A stretch of 64,000 bases of DNA, taken from positions 121,325 to 185,324 of the IMG/VR virus record IMGVR_UViG_3300023202_000142, one strand, 5' to 3'. Below, one piece after another: positions 7,749 to 17,600 of the stretch (the first letter of the stretch is position 1; the number at the start of each line of letters is the position of its first letter). Both the position numbers and the translations under genes were made by a program. Source of the stretch: a virus. The notes under the pieces are model-generated. The model had not been told where the DNA came from and ran no database searches. It worked only from the letters and a program-made list of their open reading frames with translations.

Positions 7749-10388
7749 GTGCCACAGTTGAGTTATCCCGGCGTCTATCGTGAAGAGGTCGAGACCCAGA
7801 CGCAGGTCGTGCAGGGAGTCACGACCGCGAATCTCGCTCTCACCGCGTTCTTCAAGAAGGGTCCGGTCGAGGAGCCGATCCTCGTCACCTCGTTGAGTGA
7901 GGCGTTTCGTGTCTTTGGGGACTTCACCGAGAAGTCCCTGGGGCCGACAACGCTCGCCAACTACTTCGCGAACGGCGGGCAGAACGCATACATCAACCGC
8001 GTCGTCGGTGATGGGGCGGACCAGTCTCAAGCGGCCTTCCTCAAAGAGGTTCTTGCTGAAGCCACTGGCGAGTTCACTGCTGGGTCTGGCGGTACGGACA
8101 GCCTCGATTTCTCGGTCGCCGAGGAAAACCTTTCGCCGGGGTCGGTTCGGTTGTTCCTCAACCACACTGAAGCGATTACGGGCGAGGCGCAGGGGACCAC
8201 GGACACTACGACGGGACCATTCACAGGGACTCTGGACAACGTCCCGGTGGAGCCCAGTGGCGTGACCATCGACTTCTTGCTCTCCGGGGCGACCCCGGCT
8301 TCTGTCTTCGATGATGGTTCTGGGAACCTGACTGGTGATGGAACAGGGACGATCGACTACACCACCGGCGACTACTCGTTCACTGCGAGTGGTGCTACCG
8401 AGAATGCGACACCGATCACTGCGGACTACAACTCCGCAGTGGCTGGGGCTCTCCAGAGCGAGATCGCAGGTACACAGCGAGACAATCAGAGGGTGTATCA
8501 CGGGTCTCTCGACGAGAGATGGCCTGTCTACTATTCGATCGAGTTCTCCTGGACTGACCAGGGATCTACGTCTCGGACTGCCACGGTCGGCTCCCTGGGC
8601 AGCATCACTGGCGATGCGACTGGAGATGTCGATCTGGAGACTGGAGAATTCTACCTCGATGTCGGTGCCAATGCCGTAGAGGTGGATGGGCTCATCACGG
8701 TGACCTACTTTGCGTTCGACCCGCTGGAGGCGGTTGACGATGGCGCAGGGGCTCTCACGGGGGATCTCGTGACGGCTGGCACCGTGGACTACGAGACCGG
8801 CGCGATCACAGCGACCAGCATCGCTTTCGATACCGCAGGCTTGCTGTACTGGATCGACTACGACGCTGAGATTCACCCCACACAGGCGAAGAATCCCGGC
8901 GAGTCCGGTGACGATCTCCAACTGGAGATCGCGGTCAACGAGAACTTTCTCGACAAGACTACAGGTCTGTACTCGCAGTACACGGTCACGCTGTTCGAGA
9001 CCGATGCCGAGGGCAACCAGCAGACGCGTGAGACCTTCACCTTCATCGTGCTCGATGACCTCACGGACGCCAAGCATATCGCCCAGGTCGTCAACGATCC
9101 GTTCCTTGGGTCGGACCTTGTCGAAATGCTCTCGCCGCTGTCGGATGAGATCCCGACGGCCATCCAGGGTGGCACGAAAAGCAGCCTTCTCGTCGACACT
9201 GGAACGGGTTCGGCGGACGCAATCACAACGGTCCTTCCTCTCGGCGGCGGCGAACTTGCGCCAGGCACGCTCGAAATCACGTACACGAGCGGTGGTGACA
9301 CCAAGACGATCACCGACGATTCTCAGGGGTCCCTGACGGGCGATGTCAACACTGGCGTCGCGGCCGGTGTCGACTACGAGACCGGGCTTCTGCAGTTCAC
9401 GCCCTCGGACGCACCGGACAATGCGACGACGGTTGATGCTGCGTACACGTTCACACCGTCGTCGCTCACGGTGGCAGCAGACTACACAGGCGGGTCCGAC
9501 GGTGCCGCGATCACACGCTCGGAGGTCACCGACATCGCTTTGAGTGCGACGGAGCAGGGCATCTACGCCTTCAACAAGGTCGATGAAATTCTCATCATGG
9601 TGACGCCGGATTTCGCTGGCGACCCCATTGCTGAGGAAGCCCAGCTCACCTACGTCGAGTCGAGCAAGCGTCAGGATTCTATGGTCCTGCTTGCTCCGCC
9701 CGAAGGCGCGAGCGTTTCGCAGGCCATCACGTACAAGCGCGATGTCCTTGCGAGCCTGTCGAATCGCGGTGCGATGTACCACCCCTGGATCAACATCGAA
9801 GATCCGATCACAGGGAACACCGTCGCCGTGCCTCCGCACGGGCACGTCTCGGGCGTGTGGGCGCGCACGGACCGGAATCGTAGTGTCGGCAAATCGCCGG
9901 CAGGTATCCGGGACGGCTCGATCCGCAACATGCTCGGGTTCAAGGACGGCAACCTCAAGGAAGAGGATGTGGGTCGCCTCACCTCGGCTCATGTCAACGC
10001 ACTATGGCAGCCCCCGAACCAGCCACGTGCGGTCTGGGGTGTCAGGACGCTCGAAGTGGACGGGGAGTACCGCTACATCGTCAAGCGCCGCACCATCGAT
10101 TTCACGTCGGTGAGCGTCGCCAGGTCGCTGTGGTGGGCGGTCTTCGAAAACATCGGGCCGTCACTCTTCGTTCCGGTCGGCCAGCAGATCCGAAACTTCC
10201 TGCGACGCCAGTTCCGCAAGGGTATCTATGCTGGCGACACGGAGCGCGAGGCGTTCTTCGTTACCGTCGATCGGTCGAACAACCCGCCAGAGACGATCCA
10301 GGCCGGTCAGCTCATCGTCGACTACGGCGTCGCGACCAACACTCCTGGCGAGTTCATCCGTCTTCGTCATCGACAGATCACCGTCTGA
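7749..10388 (+). CDS. contractile tail sheath protein with large repeated insert domains
   Basis: N-terminal LSYPGVYREEV; C-terminal YHPWI..P, VPPHGHVSGVWARTD..R.V.KSPAG, VWGVRTL, YIVKRR, AFFVTVD..NN, PGEFI. Confidence 0.95.
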   Translation: MPQLSYPGVYREEVETQTQVVQGVTTANLALTAFFKKGPVEEPILVTSLSEAFRVFGDFTEKSLGPTTLANYFANGGQNAYINRVVGDGADQSQAAFLKEVLAEATGEFTAGSGGTDSLDFSVAEENLSPGSVRLFLNHTEAITGEAQGTTDTTTGPFTGTLDNVPVEPSGVTIDFLLSGATPASVFDDGSGNLTGDGTGTIDYTTGDYSFTASGATENATPITADYNSAVAGALQSEIAGTQRDNQRVYHGSLDERWPVYYSIEFSWTDQGSTSRTATVGSLGSITGDATGDVDLETGEFYLDVGANAVEVDGLITVTYFAFDPLEAVDDGAGALTGDLVTAGTVDYETGAITATSIAFDTAGLLYWIDYDAEIHPTQAKNPGESGDDLQLEIAVNENFLDKTTGLYSQYTVTLFETDAEGNQQTRETFTFIVLDDLTDAKHIAQVVNDPFLGSDLVEMLSPLSDEIPTAIQGGTKSSLLVDTGTGSADAITTVLPLGGGELAPGTLEITYTSGGDTKTITDDSQGSLTGDVNTGVAAGVDYETGLLQFTPSDAPDNATTVDAAYTFTPSSLTVAADYTGGSDGAAITRSEVTDIALSATEQGIYAFNKVDEILIMVTPDFAGDPIAEEAQLTYVESSKRQDSMVLLAPPEGASVSQAITYKRDVLASLSNRGAMYHPWINIEDPITGNTVAVPPHGHVSGVWARTDRNRSVGKSPAGIRDGSIRNMLGFKDGNLKEEDVGRLTSAHVNALWQPPNQPRAVWGVRTLEVDGEYRYIVKRRTIDFTSVSVARSLWWAVFENIGPSLFVPVGQQIRNFLRRQFRKGIYAGDTEREAFFVTVDRSNNPPETIQAGQLIVDYGVATNTPGEFIRLRHRQITV

Positions 10389-10396
10389 GGTAGCTG

Positions 10397-11287
10397 ATGG
10401 ATCTCACTGAAGGTATTCTGGGGCTTAGTAAGGGCGAGGTCGCTCGTCTGAAACGGGAGCGGCCCCAGACGGGCATTTCCGTCGTGGACACGAAGGAAGT
10501 GCTCTGGAATCAGGTTGCTCGTGGTGCGGACACCAAGGCGCTGATGGTTTCCATCAAGGAACTGCTTCGGAAAGGCGTTTCGTCCCACAGCATCGATATG
10601 ATTCTTCGGACAGCCAAGAAGGGGAAGCCGTTTCCGAAGCGTTTGGCCCACAAAGAGGATCTCGACGACCTCATCGGGGGCCTCGAAGAGGCGATGGCGC
10701 TTCCGCTCAAGGGCCGCACGACGGATATGCGTCAGGGCATCGCGGATGATAGCCCGGTGTCTTCGGCCGCCCCTGGCGGCTGGCTTGTCGCCTTTCCGCG
10801 AGACATGTATCCGATGTCACAGTCGTTCATGGGTCCGGTGGCGGTTGCACTGGCTGGTCACCAGCAGATGTCAGAGGATGAGTACAAGGGCTTCCTTCGG
10901 ATGCTGCATGGCCGGACCTATCCCAGACAGCATTCGGCGCCGGCTATTGCTGTTGAGCCGGGCTACATGCTCGACATGAGGCGACTGACTCGTGGTGGTG
11001 ATTACCATCCTGCGATGCGGACACTGTCGCCGGCCTCGGTGCGGACCATGGAAGATCTTGTCGTGCTCACCGACGGGATCTTGAACAGTCCGTTGGCACA
11101 CTCGGGGTTGTCTGAGTATGAGTCCTCGGGCAAGATTATGGCTGTAAGTGAGGCGATCAACGGGATGTTGTCGATCGCAAAAGGACTGGTGGAACCCCAC
11201 AGCATCAGTCGGACCTTCGGCGACATCGTGAACCGGGTCGCCTGGCCGTTCAGTGGCGGAACCGTGGGCACGCAGAGAACCCTGTAG
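10397..11287 (+). CDS. hypothetical protein between sheath and tube
   Basis: 296 aa ORF, GAGGT RBS. Confidence 0.6.
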   Translation: MDLTEGILGLSKGEVARLKRERPQTGISVVDTKEVLWNQVARGADTKALMVSIKELLRKGVSSHSIDMILRTAKKGKPFPKRLAHKEDLDDLIGGLEEAMALPLKGRTTDMRQGIADDSPVSSAAPGGWLVAFPRDMYPMSQSFMGPVAVALAGHQQMSEDEYKGFLRMLHGRTYPRQHSAPAIAVEPGYMLDMRRLTRGGDYHPAMRTLSPASVRTMEDLVVLTDGILNSPLAHSGLSEYESSGKIMAVSEAINGMLSIAKGLVEPHSISRTFGDIVNRVAWPFSGGTVGTQRTL

Positions 11288-11296
11288 GAGAACGAA

Positions 11297-11908
11297 ATGG
11301 CACGCGCTGCGAGCGAAGATTACCTGCAAAACTTCCGGTTCCACGTCACCGCCTCATTGGGTGGTGCGGTCGGCAATGCTGACGATGGCTTTGATCCCCT
11401 TCGGTTCGAGGCCGGCAGTGGTGGTGGTAGCGGTGAGGCGAGCGTTGCTGGCTTCCAGTCGGTGAGTTACCCCGAGGTCAGCGTCAACCCTGCGGAGTAC
11501 CGAGACGGGATCAACGTCTTCACCAAGAAACAGCCGGGTATCCCGACATTCACTGACATCACGATGATGCGTGGTGTTGTGCGTCGCGACACCAGGTTCT
11601 TCGACTGGATCATCCGCTACTTCGAGGGCTACCAGTACCGCGCTGACCTCACGATTGCTCAGTGGGACCAGGTCGCGCATCCCGCGAAGCCCGATGGCTC
11701 TGGCACCGATGAGCTGACCGGATTCGATTCGACGCTCGCGCGTACCGTCGAGGTGTTCGAGGCGTTCCCACTCACGGTGAAGCCGGCGGCCGACCTCGAT
11801 GCGAATGCTGACGACATCAGCCTTGCTGAGGTCACGGTTGCCTACGAGAGGTTCACCATCAACGAGGTGGGCGACCTTCCGGTCCCGCAGGTACCGGATC
11901 CTCAGTGA
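11297..11908 (+). CDS. tail tube protein (T4 gp19-like)
   Basis: YLQNFRFHV, AGFQSVSYPEV, KQPG..TFTDITMMRGV, AFPL.VKP..DLDA..DDISLAEVTVAYE. Confidence 0.9.
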   Translation: MARAASEDYLQNFRFHVTASLGGAVGNADDGFDPLRFEAGSGGGSGEASVAGFQSVSYPEVSVNPAEYRDGINVFTKKQPGIPTFTDITMMRGVVRRDTRFFDWIIRYFEGYQYRADLTIAQWDQVAHPAKPDGSGTDELTGFDSTLARTVEVFEAFPLTVKPAADLDANADDISLAEVTVAYERFTINEVGDLPVPQVPDPQ

Positions 11909-11922
11909 TCTGAGGAGGCACG

Positions 11923-12573
11923 GTGGCCCGGCCGCTGACTGATAACTATTTTCAGAATTTCAGGTTCCACGTCCTTGACGTGACGCTTTCGCGGGGGGCT
12001 CTTGATCTCCCGCTTCTTGCTCTGAGCCCCCAGCTCGGCTTTCAAACGGTCTCGGCTCCGACGATCAACGTCGAGGTGACGCAGATCCGTCCTGGCAACT
12101 CCCCGTTTCCTGTGAGTGTCGCCAAGGAGGCGTCGATCTCCAACGTGACGTTGACGCGCGGTGTTCTGACAGGTGACCAGGAGTTCTATTCGTGGATTCG
12201 CCAGGCGATCTATGGTCGTGGCGCGTTTCGTCGAACTCTTCTGTTGGTGCAGATGCATCGTATGCTGAGAGGCGATGACGGTACGCTAGCGCGCTTTGGG
12301 GACCTCGGGGCCATAGTGGCCACATCCCTGGGTCTCGGCGCCGCAGGGGCCATTGGCGACGGTGTGGCAACCGTCGCGGATGCGGCTGGTCTCGACGTCG
12401 ACCTCTATGCGAGGATTTGGACGTTGTGGGACGCCATCCCGGTCCGATACCAGCCTGCCGGAACGTTCGATGCCAACGACGAGGGCATTACGCTGCAGGA
12501 GCTGGAACTCGATGTTGAGTTCGTGTCGGAGATCAACCCGGGACCGTTCCCGATTTCGAGAGGTTGGACATGA
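11923..12573 (+). CDS. second gp19-like tail tube protein (minor tube)
   Basis: Paralog of previous gene: YFQNFRFHV, GFQTVSAPTI, SNVTLTRGV, WDAIPVRY..FDAN..ITLQELEL. Confidence 0.85.
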   Translation: MARPLTDNYFQNFRFHVLDVTLSRGALDLPLLALSPQLGFQTVSAPTINVEVTQIRPGNSPFPVSVAKEASISNVTLTRGVLTGDQEFYSWIRQAIYGRGAFRRTLLLVQMHRMLRGDDGTLARFGDLGAIVATSLGLGAAGAIGDGVATVADAAGLDVDLYARIWTLWDAIPVRYQPAGTFDANDEGITLQELELDVEFVSEINPGPFPISRGWT

Positions 12574-12923
12574 TGACGATTCAGCGGTTTTTGCGACTCG
12601 TTGAGGACGAGGGCTTCGAGATCGAAACGCGTGCTGTCGGTGATGGCTGTCGCACCAGGGTCGGTGACGCGGTTCTTTACTACGGTGACGATGGTTTTCG
12701 GTTTGCGATTCGCGAGGGGCGGCGCATCACGTCCCTGGAGCGCGTTGTGGAGGGCCTTGGGTTCTCCGAGCGCGGGTTGCTGACGGAGGCCGTAGCAACG
12801 ACTACGGCCAACGTGGCAGCCTACCAGGTTCCTCTTGGGACTCGTGTCGACGACTTCATCAACCGTTACGGCGACGAGGGAGACGATGATGGGCCTGCCC
12901 ATCTGATGAAGCGGAAGTTCTGA
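12570..12923 (+). CDS. small hypothetical protein (possible processed head protein)
   Basis: GAGG RBS; contains LLTEA|VATTTANVA. Confidence 0.5.
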   Translation: MMTIQRFLRLVEDEGFEIETRAVGDGCRTRVGDAVLYYGDDGFRFAIREGRRITSLERVVEGLGFSERGLLTEAVATTTANVAAYQVPLGTRVDDFINRYGDEGDDDGPAHLMKRKF

Positions 12924-12997
12924 GCACGAATTGCACAGTGCGTTGACAGTCGATTGCGGCGGTGAAATACTCGGCCAATCTCAACGAAGAGGGGCCC

Positions 12998-14119
12998 ATG
13001 TCCGAGTCCGCCAAAGCCAAAGCGCCACAGCCTGAAGTTCAGCAGGAGGCTGAGATCCGTCGTCGTGGTCCTGCAGAGGAGACGGCTCGACGAGAAGCGA
13101 CTGACATGCTGGACGACGACCAGGTTCAGCAGATTCTCGAAAAACACATGCTGGGGGCGATCGATCGGTCGTCGATTCAGGAGCGTGGTCGTGATGTTTT
13201 TGCGACCGTCGAGCTACCTGGCGGCGTTTTCGTCGGCGACCAGCTCGTCAAAGAGGTGGTGATTCGGGAGATGAGCGGCAAGCAGGACATGCTCCTCATG
13301 AACACCGAGGGCTCGACGGCGGAGTCCCTGCTGAAGATGGCGATCGGTTGTGTCGAGTCGATCGGGGATATCACTGAGCCCAGGGACGTTGCGAAGATTC
13401 TTCGCGGCCCGATGCTCATTGGCGATTTCAGCTACCTTCTCATGCGAATTCGGCAGCTAAGCGTAGGCGACAAGATCGCCTTCACGGAGACCTGCCCGAA
13501 GTGCGAGGTCCAGGGCAGCTACGGGCTCTTCATTTCGAATCTCGACGTCTACGAACCCGTGGAGGCGGTGACACCGCAGGACCGTCGAGAGTCACTGGAC
13601 ATCGACAAGTGGGGAACAGGGAAGCCCTGGACGTTCAAGTGGCACTGGATGACGCAGGCTGACTCGGGATACCTGAACCGGCTCGTCGACTATTACCGGG
13701 CCAAGGAAGAGGGTCGCACGCGCGGGCACAAGCAGGCGCGCAAGGTCAAGGGCGCGATGAGCATGATGGACCTCATCAAGGCCGGCCTGGATCCGATGAG
13801 CGCAGCGATCATCGCTCGCCTGGATCGGGTTCTGGAGCCACCGCGGGACATCGATGGCAAGTTGGTGCGCGACGAGGTCGCGCTGGGGCGGTCGTCCAAG
13901 CCGAGGGACGGAGAACTGTCGCTCGATCAGTCCGTGAAGTACGTTCGGGAGCTGCCCACGGCGATTCGCATCTTCCTGTGGAACCAGCTCGACACGAACG
14001 AGCCGGGAGTCGACAACGAGGTCGAGTACCAGTGCGACAGTTGTGGTCACATCAACGAGTCTGTCATTCATCCGACTGACCCAAATTTTTTCTTCCCTAC
14101 GGAGGTCGACATCGACTAG
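12998..14119 (+). CDS. tail assembly chaperone / T4 gp26-like baseplate hub assembly protein
   Basis: Between tube and tape measure; IREMSGKQD.LL, GD..YLL.RIR.LS.G, two CxxC pairs, ends NFFFP. Confidence 0.8.
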   Translation: MSESAKAKAPQPEVQQEAEIRRRGPAEETARREATDMLDDDQVQQILEKHMLGAIDRSSIQERGRDVFATVELPGGVFVGDQLVKEVVIREMSGKQDMLLMNTEGSTAESLLKMAIGCVESIGDITEPRDVAKILRGPMLIGDFSYLLMRIRQLSVGDKIAFTETCPKCEVQGSYGLFISNLDVYEPVEAVTPQDRRESLDIDKWGTGKPWTFKWHWMTQADSGYLNRLVDYYRAKEEGRTRGHKQARKVKGAMSMMDLIKAGLDPMSAAIIARLDRVLEPPRDIDGKLVRDEVALGRSSKPRDGELSLDQSVKYVRELPTAIRIFLWNQLDTNEPGVDNEVEYQCDSCGHINESVIHPTDPNFFFPTEVDID

Positions 14120-14304
14120 GCGCCATTCAGTCCGGTATCGACTTCCTCGTCGTCGAGGCCGGTATGGACTACGAGGCCGTGCTGGACCTGCCCACGTCGG
14201 TCCGCAACCGCTTGATCGAGCGCACGAAGGCGAGGATCGAGCGTGAGGTGGACCTCGAAGTACAGAAGCTGAAGGCTGTCAGGAAGTTTTTGACCGGCAA
14301 ATGA
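14080..14304 (+). CDS. -1 frame extension of the chaperone (gpGT-like), reached via A_AAT_TTT / T_TTT_TTC slippery site at 14083-14092
   Basis: -1 frame opens just after TGA 14077-79 and reads ..IQSGIDFLVVEAGMDYEAVLDLPTSVRNRLIERTKARIERE..K*; absent from the ORF track. Confidence 0.75.
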   Translation, partial: PKFFLPYGGRHRLGAIQSGIDFLVVEAGMDYEAVLDLPTSVRNRLIERTKARIEREVDLEVQKLKAVRKFLTGK

Positions 14305-14314
14305 GAGAGGCCGC

Positions 14315-14662
14315 GTGTCTTACTACGTGTGGGATGTGCTCGATGACATGGTGTCTGGGCGTCCCTACCCTGTTGTTATCGTTCAGAACATTCACGTCGC
14401 CCCGATGGGTGACGGACTGCTGCGTCTTGTCTTGGTCGATCACCCCAGACATGGTGCAGCCTGGGATGCTGTCGAGGAGCACGGGCTCGGTGGAGAGGTT
14501 GCTTTGATCCTCGATTCGGCGCGATATTGCTACTACGCTGACCTGGGCGACGAGGAGGATGATACGGTCTACCTCGTGCCCATTGAGGATGCGAACGAAT
14601 CGGGCCTGCCGGACAACCACAGACTCATGGAAACGGCGGTGCACCTCCTGATGCGATGGTAA
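14315..14662 (+). CDS. hypothetical protein inserted between chaperone and tape measure
   Basis: 115 aa ORF, GAGG before GTG. Confidence 0.6.
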   Translation: MSYYVWDVLDDMVSGRPYPVVIVQNIHVAPMGDGLLRLVLVDHPRHGAAWDAVEEHGLGGEVALILDSARYCYYADLGDEEDDTVYLVPIEDANESGLPDNHRLMETAVHLLMRW

Positions 14663-14666
14663 CGCC

Positions 14667-17600
14667 GTGGCCGATAAAAACTGGCTTAACCTGGGGGTAG
14701 CCTTTCCGGTCGTCGACAAGGGGGCCAAGAAGGCGATTGGCGCGATGAAGGGCAGCCTCGACAAGATCGGCGGCAGCCTCGACGACATCGGTTCGTCGAA
14801 TGCGTTCGAGAAGCTGATGCAGTCGGTCGATGTCCGCAAGCTCGACAAGGTCGTCGAGAAGATGGACAGCCTGGCGGACGCTGCGGCGAGCAACATCAAT
14901 CTGTCGTCGAGCCTGGACTCCCAGTACCTTTCCGCTTCGATCAGTGCCGAGAAGCTTGGGGCGACGACCAACGTTAGCGCCAAGAAGATCAAACAGGCGA
15001 CGGGGTTCTTCGCTGACCTTCAGATGGACGTCAACGAGCTGCAGAAGGGGTTCGTCACCCTGGAGAAGGCGGGTCTCGACGTCTCGAAGCTCGGGTTCTC
15101 GAATTTCAAGGAGTTCGCCAAGTTCAGTGACGTTGTCGGTGTCAGCACTGAGTCGCTGGCGAATGAGTTGCACGGGCTGCGCAACAGCTATGGGTTCACC
15201 GACGACCAGCTCGCCGGTTTCCTCGACACCATGACGGCGACCTCCAAGGAGATGGGGATCTCTCGCGAGGTGTTCGGGAACATGTCGGCGATCACGCAGC
15301 AGCTCGATGATCACTTCGCTCGCCTCAACATGAATGTGACGCCTGAGCAGTTCACGCAGGCAGCTAAAGAGGCTGTGTTGCTCTCGGGTGCGCTGCACAA
15401 GACAGGCATCGCGTCGGGTGACGTCGTGCAGACTCAGCAGGGTCTGGCGCAGCAGTTGACTGAAGCGCGCTTCCAGATGCGCCAACTGGCGACGGGTGCT
15501 GCTGGTGAGTTGCCGGACATGCTGACCAAGATGGGGGTCGCCTCACAGGACTTCGATGCCGCGATGACGGCGTTGAACAGTTCTCCGCTCGACTTCATGA
15601 CGTTCATGTCGGATCGCTTCAAGGACATGTCGGAGTCGCAGCGCGAGTTCTTCATCACCCACAGCGGTCTGTCCAAAGATCTGATGTGGTCGATGGCGAA
15701 CTACCCGAAGGTGGCCGAGGAGGTTCAGCGGGTCGCCGACAAAACCCGCAACGCCGCGGGGGCGTCGCAGGAGATGTCGAAGGCGTATCGGGTCAACCGG
15801 ACGATGCAGGAGAAGTTCAGCTTCGCAAACGAGAAGTTCGAGACCAGGCTGCTCAGGATGTCCTCGAAGATGGGCATCGCGAACCAGATCTTGGACAACC
15901 AGCGCCTTGCACACAGTAAGCTTTACGAGACCCTGGAGGCTGGTGCGAAGAAAGACGGGGCCGTGGGCCTGATCACGCAGGCGTTCCTGGCCTACAAGCA
16001 GGGCGGCCTTCAGGGCGCTGTGATTGCGATCGACAACTTCCTGTCGAACTCGAAATCACTGGACGCATTCCTGACGAAGCACTCCAAGAAGATCGAGAAA
16101 CTCAAGGACGCGTTTGGGACGTTGGCCGAGAAGTTGGGGTTCGAGGGGTCTGGTGACGGTCTGGTGTCGACCCTGAAGGATCTCCGGTTCGAGCTGATGG
16201 GGATGGCTCCGATGGTTCTCGGCGTAGCAGCCGCGGTCAAGATGTCGGGTCTTGGCGGTGCGATGACATCGCTGTTCGCAGCGTTTGGTCCCGCAGGTCC
16301 GATTGCTCTCGCGGTGGGTGGGCTTGCAGCGATCGACAAGCACTGGGAAGGCGGCATCGAGGGGTTCACCAAGGACGTTGTCGCCTTTGCGAAGGAGAAC
16401 ATCCCCAAGGCTGTTAAGAAGATCCAGGGCGAGTTGCCGACGATCATGAAAAAATCTGGCAACATCCTTGGCATCCTGGGTACCGCCCTGGTCGAGGGCC
16501 TCAACGCGACATCGGAGATGATGGATGAGGTCAACTGGGAAAAGATGGGGGCGATTGCCACTGAGAAGTTCGCGGAGTACTCGGTTAAGGCGTTTGATTT
16601 CGTAGCCGACGTTCTCCGGGTTGCGATCACTGGCGATGAGGTAAAGGGGGATTCCGAGCTTCAGAACGCACTCGGCAAGATCGGGCACAGCATCGGTGAG
16701 GCGATCATCGGAGGGATCAAGGGCGCGCTTGGTCGCATGGGTGACGAGATTGCCAGCGATACCTCGGTCACCGACAAGTTGTCGGGCGCCGGCAAGATCC
16801 TCGCCGGTTCGTTTGTTGGGGGAATTGGGCTTCGGGGGGTCGGCTCGATGATGCAAAAGGTTCCTGGTCTGAGAACCGCTGGAAAGGGGGTCGGGCTTGC
16901 CGGAAGAGGTATGACGGCGGGGGCGACGGGTACAGCCAAGGTTGCCGCAAAAGGCGCTGTGCTGGCCGGCAAGGGCCTCATGCGGGGCGGTAAGGGCGCC
17001 TGGAACGTCGGGAAGGGGGTCAAGGACGTCGCTCAGATGGGCAAAACGTTTGAGGGGCTTTCTGGGGCGGCATCAAAGAAGGTCGGGTTTGGGGCAAGAA
17101 TCGGCGCAGCGCTGAAAGGTCTTCCGGGGACGGCAGGGAAGGCGTTCAAGGGTATCGCCAAGGCCGCGGGCCCCTGGCTGAAGACGGTGGGTAAGATTCT
17201 GGGACCCCTGATCGTCTTCTACGAGTACATCAAGCAGGGTCCCGACATCGTCGAGGGCGCGTTTGGCACGATCAAGGCCGTAATCGAGGGCGATGTCAAC
17301 GACGCCACGAAGTATGGTGAGAAGGCGTTCAAGGGGTTTGCGCGAGTGTTGGATGGTGTTCTCATCGGCATCCCTGGAAAGATTACCGACGCACTGATGC
17401 CGGACGGCCTGGTGTTTGATCTCGGCGAATTCTACCGGCACACGCTCGATGTCACTGAGGAGCACATCGAGGTCATGGTCGATGAATGGTCGGCGTTCCC
17501 CGAGACGATGAAGGGGATGTTTGGCAACATTGGCATGGACATTAAGGGCATCTTCAGCGACGCCAGAGAGGCGGCCGGCGAGTTCTGGGAAGGCTTCATG

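Noticed and set aside
7743-9992. Long antisense ORFs (749 aa here; also 2702-3904, 21430-22413, 54617-55582)
   Set aside because: They shadow clear + strand genes, lack RBS and motifs, and are expected from GC-rich codon bias
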